A stretch of 64,000 bases of DNA from an uncultured Alphaproteobacteria bacterium (GCA_963803575.1 CAWDMW010000002.1:886389-950388); one strand, 5' to 3'; shown: positions 15,100-24,514, numbered from the stretch's first letter. Made by a program: numbers and translations. Notes: generated from the sequence alone by a model not told the origin.

Positions 15100-16398
15100 A
15101 TGCGTTATTCACATCTATTTATTCCCCTCATTAAAGAGAATCCTTCCGAAGCAAAGGTTGTATCTCACAGGCTTATGTTGCGCTCTGGTATGGTCAGACA
15201 ACATTCTGCCGGTATTTATAGCTGGCTGCCACTGGGGTTACGTGTGTTGGAACGCATCTCTGGGATTATTCGCGAGGAATTAAATGCGATTGGTGCGGCA
15301 GAACTACTCATGCCAAACATGCAACCTGTTGAGTTATGGGAGGAATCCGGGCGGGGATGTTACGGCGACGAGACGCTGAAAGCCGTAGATCGTCATAAAC
15401 GCACCCTGATTTACGGGCCTACGCATGAGGAAATGATTACCGATTTATTTCGTCGTCATGTGAAAAGTTATAAGTCGCTACCAATGAATCTGTATCAGAT
15501 ACAATGGAAATTTCGTGATGAAATACGCCCGCGTTTTGGTGTGATGCGTGGACGGGAATTCCTGATGAAAGATGCCTATACGTTTTCTGAAGATGCCGCC
15601 AGCCATCAGGCATTATATGACACAATGTATGCCACGTATTTTAAAATTTTCCGCAGGATGGGACTCAAAGCCATTCCGTTTAAGGCAGATTCCGGGCAGA
15701 TTGGTGGAGATCAGAGCCATGAGTTTCAGGTAGTGGCTGAGACGGGCGAGAGTGACATTTATTATGATAAGGTATTGGAAGCGCTGACCTCAACAGACAC
15801 TTTGGATATTGACGCGATACGCACGCATTATTCGGCGACTGACGAAAAGCATGACCCCGCACAATGCACGGTTCCAGATGACCAACTAGTTAAAGCACGT
15901 GGCATTGAAGTCGGGCATATTTTTTATTTCGGTGATAAATATTCTAAACCGATGAAAGCGATGATTCGCAATAGCGAGGGGCAGGAAGTACCTGTCATGA
16001 TGGGCGCTCATGGCATTGGTGTGTCACGTCTGGTTGCCGCGATCATTGAAGTGCATCATGACGATAAGGGCATTAATTGGCCAGAAGCAGTGGCTCCTTT
16101 CTACGCAGGTATCGTCAATATCCGTCAGGGGGATGAAGCGTGTGATGCGCTATCAGAGGCAATCTATCAGCAATTGCAAAGGGCAGGGGTTGATGTATTG
16201 TATCATGATACAGATGATCGCGCTGGTGCTAAGTTTGCTGCTATGGAACTGATTGGCTTGCCTTGGCAGATTACGGTAGCACCAAAGCTGATTGCTGAGA
16301 ATAAGATAGAATTGAAGTGCCGTGCAACAGGTGACATAGAGATTATCTCTTCTGACGCACTGATAGAACGTATGACGTCACCCTCTCAAAAGTCGTAA
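15100..16398 (+). CDS. proS: prolyl-tRNA synthetase, short form without the insertion/editing domain (432 aa)
   Basis: MRYSHLFIPLIKENPSEAKVVSHRLMLRSGMVRQ, motif 2 (RPRFGVMRGREFLMKDAYTF) and motif 3 (GIGVSRLVAAIIE). Start taken at the conserved MRYS; the track ORF starts 18 codons earlier. Confidence 0.9.
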   Translation: MRYSHLFIPLIKENPSEAKVVSHRLMLRSGMVRQHSAGIYSWLPLGLRVLERISGIIREELNAIGAAELLMPNMQPVELWEESGRGCYGDETLKAVDRHKRTLIYGPTHEEMITDLFRRHVKSYKSLPMNLYQIQWKFRDEIRPRFGVMRGREFLMKDAYTFSEDAASHQALYDTMYATYFKIFRRMGLKAIPFKADSGQIGGDQSHEFQVVAETGESDIYYDKVLEALTSTDTLDIDAIRTHYSATDEKHDPAQCTVPDDQLVKARGIEVGHIFYFGDKYSKPMKAMIRNSEGQEVPVMMGAHGIGVSRLVAAIIEVHHDDKGINWPEAVAPFYAGIVNIRQGDEACDALSEAIYQQLQRAGVDVLYHDTDDRAGAKFAAMELIGLPWQITVAPKLIAENKIELKCRATGDIEIISSDALIERMTSPSQKS

Positions 16399-17333
16399 AC
16401 GATACCCAATAGCGTCCGTGTATCAGCCGCTTGTGTGCTGTCTGGCGCATTTGCAATATATTCGATGTAGTAAGCTGCTTTTAATGCCAGTGAGTCAGTG
16501 ATGCGGCTTTTTAGGTACGTTTCTGACTCATAAATATCATTCTCTTCACTAAACGATGCACTGGCTTCTTCTCCAATGCTCCATCCATTAGCAAACGTCC
16601 ATTCCAGATCAGTTTGTAACTTCACCAGAAATGATTGGCTGCTTTCACCATTCGTCAGTTTTTCCTGCCGCGCTCCGGCACCACCCCGTGCTTCCCATTG
16701 GAAATCTTGTCTATCGTAGATAATATAACCAGGCCCCAACAGCTCGGATAAGCGGTAATCATATCCGCTGAACCGGTCATCTACGTAACTAACTTCACCA
16801 AAGATAAACCAGCGATCATCCAATTTATAATCACTACGCAGCAATGCGCGGTATTCTTCAGCAATCGTTTCTTCCTGCTCTGTGCTATGGCGAGCGGATG
16901 CTTCAACTACACTACGGTATCGGCCAATAGTATGTTTCAGGTTTCCAGCTAATTGCAGATTTCGTTGGCGCGTATCCCCGGTGCGCCAGTCAGCATTGGC
17001 TTCCACGCTTCCTTCTACTTCCTGCGTATGCCACCAGCCAAAACGCTCGGTTTTGCGTTTCTTGGCGGTGTCTTTTGGTTTCTGCACCATTGCTGTATTA
17101 GGCATGATGCAATCATTAGCAAAATACATATCTAAATCTTTTTGCTTTTTGGGATAAAGCTGTGCAACGCGCGCCATAATTGCTTCACGAATGAACGCAT
17201 CATCCTGCGCACATGCCTTATTGACCAGCACAAATGGATCAGTTGGTGGCGATGTTTCTGTCTTTGCCACCGCAAACGCAGCGTAAGAACCTAGCACCGC
17301 CAACAACGTTATGATGTAAAACAGCGATTTCAC
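16386..17333 (-). CDS. outer-membrane beta-barrel protein, DUF481/YdiY-like (315 aa)
   Basis: Signal peptide (LLAVLGSYAAFAVA), an alternating beta-strand pattern, a C-terminal aromatic end (GIVYDF), and DDRFSGYDYRLSELLGPGY as in the DUF481 family. Confidence 0.45.
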   Translation of the reverse strand: MKSLFYIITLLAVLGSYAAFAVAKTETSPPTDPFVLVNKACAQDDAFIREAIMARVAQLYPKKQKDLDMYFANDCIMPNTAMVQKPKDTAKKRKTERFGWWHTQEVEGSVEANADWRTGDTRQRNLQLAGNLKHTIGRYRSVVEASARHSTEQEETIAEEYRALLRSDYKLDDRWFIFGEVSYVDDRFSGYDYRLSELLGPGYIIYDRQDFQWEARGGAGARQEKLTNGESSQSFLVKLQTDLEWTFANGWSIGEEASASFSEENDIYESETYLKSRITDSLALKAAYYIEYIANAPDSTQAADTRTLLGIVYDF

Positions 17334-17343
17334 GAAAGGATGT

Positions 17344-18642
17344 TTAAGAAAAGACGCGGGAAAATAGAGTGTCTACATGTTTGGTATGGTAGCGCATATC
17401 AAACGTTGCACGAATCTGATCTTCTGACAATGCGGCCATCACATCTGCATCACCCAGCAATTCCTGCATAAAATCTTTCTTTTCCTGCCATACTTTCATT
17501 GCGTTACGTTGCACATACAGATATGCATCTTCGCGGCTAACCCCTGCTTGTGTCAGGGCAAGCAATACACGTTGTGAGAATACTAACCCCCCCAAACGAT
17601 CCATGTTTTCCTGCATCCGCTCAGGATACACCACAAGATTCTCAACCAGTCCAATTAACCGATTTAAGGCAAAATCAAGCGTAATGGTGGCGTCAGGCGC
17701 AATCATACGTTCGACCGATGAATGAGAAATATCGCGCTCATGCCAGAGTGCCACATTCTCCATTGCGGGCAGAGCATAAGAGCGCACCATACGCGCCAGA
17801 CCTGTCAGGTTTTCTGACAATACCGGATTGCGCTTATGCGGCATAGCTGATGAGCCTTTCTGACCTTTTGAGAAAAACTCTTCGGCTTCCAGCACTTCAG
17901 TGCGTTGCAAATGTCGAATTTCTACCGCGATATTTTCAACAGAGGAGGCAATGACGCCCAGTGTTGCAAAATACTGTGCATGACGATCCCGTGGAATCAC
18001 TTGCGTGGAAATGGGTTCCGGAGTGAGAGACAATTTATCCGCCACATACGCTTCTACATCAGGAGAAATATTAGCAAATGTCCCAACCGCACCGGAAATA
18101 GCACATGTGGCGATATCTTTACGCGCTGCTTGCAGACGCTCTTTGTTACGGGCAAATTCTGCATAAAACCGCGCAAATTTTAAGCCCATCGTGACAGGCT
18201 CTGCATGAATACCGTGCGAACGCCCCACGGCCACCATCTCTTTGGTTTCATAGGCACGCTTCTTTAACACATTCAGCAAACGATCCAGGTCTTCCAGTAA
18301 TATGTCAGTAGCTTGCGCTAATTGCACAGATAGACAAGTGTCAAGCACGTCAGAACTTGTCATGCCCTGATGCAAAAAGCGGCTATATTCGCCAATGCCT
18401 TCACCGGCAACCGTTAGAAACGCAATCACATCATGTTTGGTTACACGTTCTACCGCATCAATTTTTTCCACGTCGAACTGCTCTGGTTTACCTGCCCATA
18501 TGGCATCAGCCGCTTGCTGAGGAATAACCCCCGCATTAGCCATGGCCTCGCATGCATAGGCCTCAATATCGAACCAGATATTGAACTTATTTTGAGGTTC
18601 CCAGATAGCGACCATGGTGTCGCGTGCGTAACGTGGAATCAT
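17344..18642 (-). CDS. purB: adenylosuccinate lyase (432 aa)
   Basis: MIPRYARDTMVAIWEPQNKF..., fumarate-lyase signature SSAMPHKRNP. Start taken at MIPRY. Confidence 0.9.
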   Translation of the reverse strand: MIPRYARDTMVAIWEPQNKFNIWFDIEAYACEAMANAGVIPQQAADAIWAGKPEQFDVEKIDAVERVTKHDVIAFLTVAGEGIGEYSRFLHQGMTSSDVLDTCLSVQLAQATDILLEDLDRLLNVLKKRAYETKEMVAVGRSHGIHAEPVTMGLKFARFYAEFARNKERLQAARKDIATCAISGAVGTFANISPDVEAYVADKLSLTPEPISTQVIPRDRHAQYFATLGVIASSVENIAVEIRHLQRTEVLEAEEFFSKGQKGSSAMPHKRNPVLSENLTGLARMVRSYALPAMENVALWHERDISHSSVERMIAPDATITLDFALNRLIGLVENLVVYPERMQENMDRLGGLVFSQRVLLALTQAGVSREDAYLYVQRNAMKVWQEKKDFMQELLGDADVMAALSEDQIRATFDMRYHTKHVDTLFSRVFS

Positions 18643-18716
18643 TGTCTGATGCTCTTTTATCTTTTGTTCATTTTCAGGCACGCACTATAGAGAAATGAAC
18701 CACCTACTGCAAGGTT

Positions 18717-19685
18717 TTACGACCAGCGTTCCGACTGTGTCTCACGTGATGGTGCTTTGGTTGGTGTGTTGGGAGGGGGAGGGGAACTACCTGGCGACGT
18801 ATCCTGAACAGGGTACGTTTTCTGTGTTGCCCGTTCCTCATCAATTTGTTTTAGCGCATCAACCCGGCTTTCTTCTGTTTGGTTGGTCTTGGAAATCATG
18901 TCCATTTTCCCCGAAGCAGTCAAAATTAGGGCAAAAAGCAATTGTGCAAACATATTCTCCATACTGCCCGCAGGTGCTTGCTGCATATTTTGCTCGTAAG
19001 TGCGATGCGCGCCTTGATCCTGCAATTGATTAGAGACTTGCTTGGTGTTTGGCAGAGGATTAAACAATGAGGCAAAAGGTGACATACCAGCACCATCTGA
19101 TTTCTGGGTATGGTTTGCTTTCACCGCCTGATATTGTTCACCACTCATGCCTGCGGCAATAGGTGGCATATCCACACCTTGCTTCTTTAAGAATGCATCC
19201 ATTTTATCTGCATCTAAAAAGGTGTTACTGAGAGGCTTGCCATTAAGATTGCTTTTATCATAGGTGATAGTCTTAACAGCATTGCTGGTATTGCCTTGCG
19301 TTATATCAAGCGATCCATCGGCATGTACTTTAGTGACCATACCAATATGTGAGTGAGCTTTTCCTCCTTTACTTGTGAAAGAAAAGACATCGCCAACACC
19401 GGGACTTTCCTGTCCAATCGTTGAAGAAAACTCATTCTTAGCACCATGATTCATCACAGAAGCGACTGATAACTCGCTTGGTACCCCTTTGAACACAGCA
19501 TCATACCCGGCACTTTCATAAATATTGGTAATAAAACCAGCGCACCACGGTTCTTTGTTATGTGCGCCACTAAAGCGAGCAATCGCTCCCTCGTTTTTTC
19601 CAACTTCTTTCTGGCCAACTGCATTCAACGCTGTTTGTATAACGTTGCCCTGTACAGTCTGAAATGGTGCATTACTTGTTGTCAT
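18717..19685 (-). CDS. CHAP / NlpC-P60-like peptidoglycan hydrolase (TIGR02594-like N-domain) with a long low-complexity tail (322 aa)
   Basis: KEPWCAGFITNIYESAG (Cys nucleophile context), GVGDVFSF...HSHIGMV (His) and ITQGNTSNAV. AAGGAAA RBS. The C-terminal 150 aa are Gln/Pro-rich with one hydrophobic stretch (MFAQLLFALILTASG). Confidence 0.65.
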   Translation of the reverse strand: MTTSNAPFQTVQGNVIQTALNAVGQKEVGKNEGAIARFSGAHNKEPWCAGFITNIYESAGYDAVFKGVPSELSVASVMNHGAKNEFSSTIGQESPGVGDVFSFTSKGGKAHSHIGMVTKVHADGSLDITQGNTSNAVKTITYDKSNLNGKPLSNTFLDADKMDAFLKKQGVDMPPIAAGMSGEQYQAVKANHTQKSDGAGMSPFASLFNPLPNTKQVSNQLQDQGAHRTYEQNMQQAPAGSMENMFAQLLFALILTASGKMDMISKTNQTEESRVDALKQIDEERATQKTYPVQDTSPGSSPPPPNTPTKAPSRETQSERWS

Positions 19686-19713
19686 AATATGTGTTTTCCT
19701 TGTCGTATTACAA

Positions 19714-20964
19714 CTAGCTTAACTGCGCTTGCGATGCTTGATTTGGCGCAGTGGATGGTGTGTTGGCCGGTGTTTTATTAGTAGCTCCGGCACTGGCAAC
19801 CATGGTGTTATTAATAGAGCTATTTTCTAAGGCATCACCGGATGCTTTAATGGCCGCATGCCAGTTTGATACACCCTGTGCTTCTGCTACTGCAATAGAA
19901 CCATGTTCATTACTTGCAAGTGCTGATTTTACCGTACCTGAAGTTTTCTCAATAATTCCTCTTGCTGTACCAGTTTTAACAACATCGAAATTAGTATATT
20001 GTGCCATACCGGTTTGGTTTTTGGTGGTATCAAAGTATTTTGCAACTTCCGGGTGCTGGCTATCCAGCATTTGTGCTGCAATAGCCATTTCGTAAGCAGT
20101 TGAAACATTTTTAGTGCTTTTGTGAATATATCCGCTATTGCCAGTTGGAAGTCCAGAAAAATTACCAAGTGTTGTTTTTTTAAAGCCCATGTCATCTTTT
20201 AGTGTCTTGTTAGCCAGATCAATGACTTTATCTTTGTCGCCACCTGTCATTCGCGCAGCCATAGCAGTTACCAATTTATCTGCAGCAGCGTTACTGGAAT
20301 TTTCTGCCAGTGCTTGCAAAGGAGGTTTTGGTTTTACCCCGCCTTTCGTTTTGACAGCATTTGCGGGGTCATTATTAAACGCTTCTAAAAAGCCTTTATC
20401 CAGCAATCCTTTCTTCTCCCACTGACTAGCAACCATAAGACCAATAGGCTTAGCGGTAGATGCAAGATCTGCAAGTCTAAATGATGCATTGCCTCCAAGG
20501 TAAGTGCCATCGGGCGCTACTATAGCCGTAAACGCTTTACTAGGATCATTTGTGATTTTGGATCCTTTCTCATTACTCGCTTTTACATTACTAATATCCT
20601 GCACCTGTACCACCGCCTGACTCACGGCGCGTGTTCCGGATGGGCTGTATGATGCATTACTTAGCGAATAACCTTCTGGCAATCCACCGTTTGAGCGTTG
20701 CGTAGATGATTGGTTTTGTGCCTCATTTTGGGTAGGTGCCTGATTGGTATCGGCTGGCGGGGGTGTTGGCTTGTTTTGAAGCATCCCCATCAATCCCTGC
20801 ATCAGCCCGCCCAGCCCGTTACTCAAGCCACCCAATATATTAGGAATTACGGTAAAAAGCCCTACCACCAGCATGATAATAGGCATCATTTTTCCAAAAG
20901 CCCCCAGTGGGTTGCTTTTTTCCTTATCTGTAGGTGGTGTAACGTTTGGCTGTGTCTTTGGCAT
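19714..20964 (-). CDS. divergent S11 D-Ala-D-Ala carboxypeptidase / beta-lactamase-fold protein with an N-terminal Gly-zipper TM and a Pro/Gln linker (416 aa)
   Basis: The SxxK (LASTAKP), SxN (ENSSNAAADKL) and KTG (VVKTGTARG) motifs are spaced about 55 and 107 residues apart, as in PBP5 and class A enzymes. GFKKTTLGNFSGLP resembles the S11 block. The start is uncertain (ATG 20964 or 21000); the track start at 21126 overlaps the divergent pilin gene. Confidence 0.6.
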   Translation of the reverse strand: MPKTQPNVTPPTDKEKSNPLGAFGKMMPIIMLVVGLFTVIPNILGGLSNGLGGLMQGLMGMLQNKPTPPPADTNQAPTQNEAQNQSSTQRSNGGLPEGYSLSNASYSPSGTRAVSQAVVQVQDISNVKASNEKGSKITNDPSKAFTAIVAPDGTYLGGNASFRLADLASTAKPIGLMVASQWEKKGLLDKGFLEAFNNDPANAVKTKGGVKPKPPLQALAENSSNAAADKLVTAMAARMTGGDKDKVIDLANKTLKDDMGFKKTTLGNFSGLPTGNSGYIHKSTKNVSTAYEMAIAAQMLDSQHPEVAKYFDTTKNQTGMAQYTNFDVVKTGTARGIIEKTSGTVKSALASNEHGSIAVAEAQGVSNWHAAIKASGDALENSSINNTMVASAGATNKTPANTPSTAPNQASQAQLS

Positions 20965-21079
20965 GTATCTGAGTATACCCGATGAACATGACAGTTTCAT
21001 GACGTTGGATATACTTAAATCCCTATATTCCATAAGTAGGTAAACAGAAATATTAACTATTATTCTATAAAATATAATA

Positions 21080-21880
21080 ATGAATCCGGCACGCAATCTT
21101 GCTTTCTCACTTATAGAACTCTCCATTATACTCGTTATTCTAGGGCTGATAACTGGAGGAATTTTAACCGGACAAAGTTTGACTAAGGCAGCCGAATTGC
21201 GTGCAATAACAACTGAGTTTAGAGAATTTCAGACTGGCGTATACGCCTTCAAAGGAAAATATTTTGCTTTGCCTGGCGACATAAGTAACGCGCACGAGTT
21301 CTGGGGTGTTGCAGGTGGGGCAGGAATGATTGGTGATGGTTGTGAGTCTGCATCTGGATCAGGAACGGAGACATGTAGCGGTGATGGCGATAATGCAATA
21401 GAAGAAAATGGTACAAATAGATATGCCGAAAATTTTACTTTCTGGCAACATCTCTCGAACGCTGAACTGATAGCAGGACAGTTTACAGGGATAACAGGTC
21501 CGTCTTTTTCAGATGATGCTACACCGGGTGAAAATGTACCAGCTTCTACTTATCCCGGGGCTGGATGGAGTGTAGATCAGCAAGAATGGCCTAATGCTAC
21601 TAGATACAATATTAACTACGCAGCACATACGTTAGAGTTTGGAGCTAACGAGACTGGTAGTGACGTTGATCAACCTGTTCTAATTCCTGAAGATGCATGG
21701 AATATTGATAAAAAAATTGATGATGGTTTGCCGGCAAAAGGACAAGTCATAGCATTTTTCTGGAATAATCAATGTGCAAGCGCGAATGACGGTTCCAATT
21801 CAGCGTCTAATGTTGAGGCATCATATAATTTATCTGTAGATACCATTGAGTGCGCTCTTATTTTTGATAATCCTTTTTGA
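21080..21880 (+). CDS. prepilin-type N-terminal methylation-motif protein (pilin/pseudopilin-like, 266 aa)
   Basis: MNPARNLA|FSLIELSIILVILGLITGGIL is the class III signal pattern (Ala at -1, Glu at +5). Two Cys pairs occur in the C-terminal part (GDGCESASGSGTETCSG; NNQCASAN...DTIECAL). Confidence 0.6.
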   Translation: MNPARNLAFSLIELSIILVILGLITGGILTGQSLTKAAELRAITTEFREFQTGVYAFKGKYFALPGDISNAHEFWGVAGGAGMIGDGCESASGSGTETCSGDGDNAIEENGTNRYAENFTFWQHLSNAELIAGQFTGITGPSFSDDATPGENVPASTYPGAGWSVDQQEWPNATRYNINYAAHTLEFGANETGSDVDQPVLIPEDAWNIDKKIDDGLPAKGQVIAFFWNNQCASANDGSNSASNVEASYNLSVDTIECALIFDNPF

Positions 21881-21895
21881 TTATTTACAGGGTAT

Positions 21896-22633
21896 TTAGT
21901 TCGGGGCGCCCGTTTTACAAAAAATATGGGCAATATAGGTGCGTGCCATTTGTTCGAGGCGGTATTTTCCAAGGGTAAGTAGTGAATTATGCTGCTTATA
22001 ATACACCCGGTGCAAATCCAGAAACTGCTTTAATTCCTGTGCCGTCACGGCAATGTCGCTTCTGTCAACAATCTCGTCGCGCGCAGAACCAACATTGCGC
22101 TGCACAGCAACACTTTTTGCTGTCACAACCCCAACCACGTTACCGGAAAAATCCAGTAAAGGCCCACCACTATTTCCCTGACGTGCTGCATCAGTGAATT
22201 GCAGCCAATTATGCTCACCTGAAGGGCCTTTCAGCGCTTTGACTGTTGCGGTTCTGACCACATACGGGCTGCGATGCGACTGTGCTTCAGGATAGCCAAT
22301 AATCATGACATCTTCTTTTTTCTGAACTTTCGTATCCATCCAGCGAAGCTGTGCAACACGTTCAGGGCGGTAATCTGTTTGCAGCAAGGCCAGATCACGC
22401 TTTAGATCAATGGCTTTGAGCCATGCGCGGTGTTGGTGTCTTCCACTATTGGTGAAGTAAATATCTTTCTGGTTCAGACAATCCCGAATCACATGCGCGT
22501 TTGTCACCATTTGCCCCTGACGGCTAACAAAGAACCCGGTACCGCTGGAATAATAGGTACGGGTTTGTGCAGCGGCGTCAGAGCTAATATGTATGCTTAC
22601 AGCGCACCAGATAACCATCCATATAAAGCGCAT
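21896..22633 (-). CDS. secreted trypsin-like (S1) serine protease (245 aa)
   Basis: Signal peptide, then GTGFFVSRQGQMVTNAHVI (His), DLALLQ (Asp) and GNSGGPLLD (Ser). Its ATG abuts the icd stop (TAGATG). Confidence 0.7.
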   Translation of the reverse strand: MRFIWMVIWCAVSIHISSDAAAQTRTYYSSGTGFFVSRQGQMVTNAHVIRDCLNQKDIYFTNSGRHQHRAWLKAIDLKRDLALLQTDYRPERVAQLRWMDTKVQKKEDVMIIGYPEAQSHRSPYVVRTATVKALKGPSGEHNWLQFTDAARQGNSGGPLLDFSGNVVGVVTAKSVAVQRNVGSARDEIVDRSDIAVTAQELKQFLDLHRVYYKQHNSLLTLGKYRLEQMARTYIAHIFCKTGAPN

Positions 22634-23848
22634 CTATCCCCGCATAGCCGTATTGAGTCGCCCTCGCACGGCATCCATGAATTGGCGCGTTGTCAGGTAC
22701 GGCTGATCGTTGCCTAGTAACAAAGCCAAATCTTTGGTCATATGCCCTGATTCAACAGTGTCAATACACACTTTCTCCAACGTATCCGCAAATGCTGCCA
22801 CGTCAGGTGTTTCATCAAACTGTGCGCGGTATTTTAATCCGGTTGTCCATGCAAAGATGCTGGCAATAGGGTTGGTAGATGTTTCTTTGCCTTGCTGGTG
22901 CTGGCGGTAATGGCGTGTGACTGTGCCATGTGCGGCTTCTGTTTCAACCGTGTTGCCGTCGGGTGTGATAAGGACAGAGGTCATGAGTCCCAGTGAGCCA
23001 AATCCTTGCGCCACTACATCGGATTGCACATCACCGTCATAATTCTTACACGCCCAGACAAAGCCGCCAGATGATTTAATGGCGTATGCTACCATATCGT
23101 CAATCAGTCGGTGTTCATAAAGCAAACCTGCTGCTTCGTATTGTGGTTTAAATTCCTCTTCGTAAACGGACTGAAAAATGTCTTTGAACTCACCATCATA
23201 AATTTTTAAAATCGTGTTCTTGGTGGAAAGATAGAGAGGTAGCTTGCGATTTAATGCATAATGGAAGCAGGCGCGGGCAAAACCACGAATGGAGTCATCA
23301 TGATTATACATGGAAAGTGCCACGCCATTGCCGGGAAAATCAAACACATGATGATGCACAGGCTCTCCATCTTCCGGTGTGAACGTTAAGGTGAGGGTTC
23401 CTTTTCCTTCAATGCGCAAATCTGTTGCGCGATATTGATCGCCAAAGGCATGACGTCCAACAATGATAGGGTGTTCCCAGGCTGGAACATATTTGGGAAT
23501 ATTATTGATGATGATGGGTTCACGAAAGATGGTGCCGCCCAGGATATTGCGTATCGTACCATTAGGCGAGCGCCACATCTGTTTCAAATCAAATTCTTTC
23601 ACACGCGCTTCATCCGGCGTGATGGTTGCGCATTTAATGCCCACCCCATATTCACGTATCGCATGAGCGGCATCTTTGGTGATGTTATCATCCGTTGCAT
23701 CGCGATGCGTCACGGACAAATCAAAATATTTTAGGTCAATTGACAGATACGGGTGAATCAGTTCGTCTTTGATCCATTGCCAGATGATGCGTGTCATTTC
23801 ATCCCCGTCCATTTCAATCACAGGGGTCTTTACAGGTATTTTGCTCAT
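22634..23848 (-). CDS. icd: isocitrate dehydrogenase (NADP), eukaryote-like homodimeric type (404 aa)
   Basis: [62 protein letters not shown]. Start taken at MSKIP. Confidence 0.9.
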   Translation of the reverse strand: MSKIPVKTPVIEMDGDEMTRIIWQWIKDELIHPYLSIDLKYFDLSVTHRDATDDNITKDAAHAIREYGVGIKCATITPDEARVKEFDLKQMWRSPNGTIRNILGGTIFREPIIINNIPKYVPAWEHPIIVGRHAFGDQYRATDLRIEGKGTLTLTFTPEDGEPVHHHVFDFPGNGVALSMYNHDDSIRGFARACFHYALNRKLPLYLSTKNTILKIYDGEFKDIFQSVYEEEFKPQYEAAGLLYEHRLIDDMVAYAIKSSGGFVWACKNYDGDVQSDVVAQGFGSLGLMTSVLITPDGNTVETEAAHGTVTRHYRQHQQGKETSTNPIASIFAWTTGLKYRAQFDETPDVAAFADTLEKVCIDTVESGHMTKDLALLLGNDQPYLTTRQFMDAVRGRLNTAMRG

Positions 23849-23976
23849 ATAGGGTTTGATCTCGTATGTAAAAAGGATGTTCGTCAATCATAGCAAAGGA
23901 TGATACGAAAGTCATGATCCTCGTTTGACTTTATAATATAATCCTAAAAGCACTATGAAGATAATGCTTTTTAAAG

Positions 23977-24486
23977 GTGAATATTTGCTGTATAAATAAT
24001 GGCATGGTTTGTAAACATGAAAAAGCAGCAGAGTTGGAAAAGCTTAAAGCAGAAGGTGCGGTACTGAAAGAACGCTATTTGACTGCAAATAAAGAAGCAG
24101 GTCACAGCCAGCTTGCTGCTGGATTTTTCTCAGCTGTTGCCGCCGCCGCCATTGCCGCTACCGCTATTCCCGCAATTGTTGGTATGGCTGGAGGTATTGC
24201 CGGATATTTGATTGGTGCTTCCATAGTGTCCGGTATCGCTGCTGCTTATTTCGGGAATGAAGCATTGGATAGAAACAGCAAGCAGCAGAATATTAAAGAG
24301 AGCTGGCATGACAAGAAAGATGCATATCGGGACAAACGGTTAGCGGAATATAACGCCCATCAGATTGTGCATGAGATAAAGCATGATAACGATCTTGGGC
24401 AAATGTTTAGCCAAAAAAACTGGGAAGATACCATTACGCAGGAGCGTCAGGAACATAACCCTGCGTTACCTGCTGCCAGTCGATAG
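23977..24486 (+). CDS. hypothetical membrane protein with a bilobed Gly/Ala hydrophobic segment (about 160-169 aa)
   Basis: QLAAGFFSAVAAAAIAATAIPAIVGMAGGIAGYLIGASIVSGIAAAYFG is flanked by charged helical regions. The start is GTG 23977 or ATG 24004. Confidence 0.5.
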   Translation: MNICCINNGMVCKHEKAAELEKLKAEGAVLKERYLTANKEAGHSQLAAGFFSAVAAAAIAATAIPAIVGMAGGIAGYLIGASIVSGIAAAYFGNEALDRNSKQQNIKESWHDKKDAYRDKRLAEYNAHQIVHEIKHDNDLGQMFSQKNWEDTITQERQEHNPALPAASR

Positions 24487-24514
24487 GCAACTATTACTGT
24501 CTGCCGTACGTGTT

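Noticed and set aside
18695-19033. 112-aa plus-strand ORF at the purB/CHAP junction
   Set aside because: It is antisense to the CHAP-protein tail, and the CHAP gene has clear catalytic motifs and an RBS. There is no independent support for it.
19714-21126. 470-aa version of the S11-like ORF, and the 430-aa version of 8994..10286
   Set aside because: The extended N-termini overlap the divergent pilin gene (the 470-aa version) or the upstream gene's 3' end (the 430-aa version), and they lack an RBS. Internal ATGs at 20964/21000 and 10238 fit better; 10238 has GGAGGA upstream.
21769-21972. 67-aa minus-strand ORF bridging the pilin 3' end and the protease gene 3' end
   Set aside because: It overlaps two better-supported genes and has no RBS or motif.
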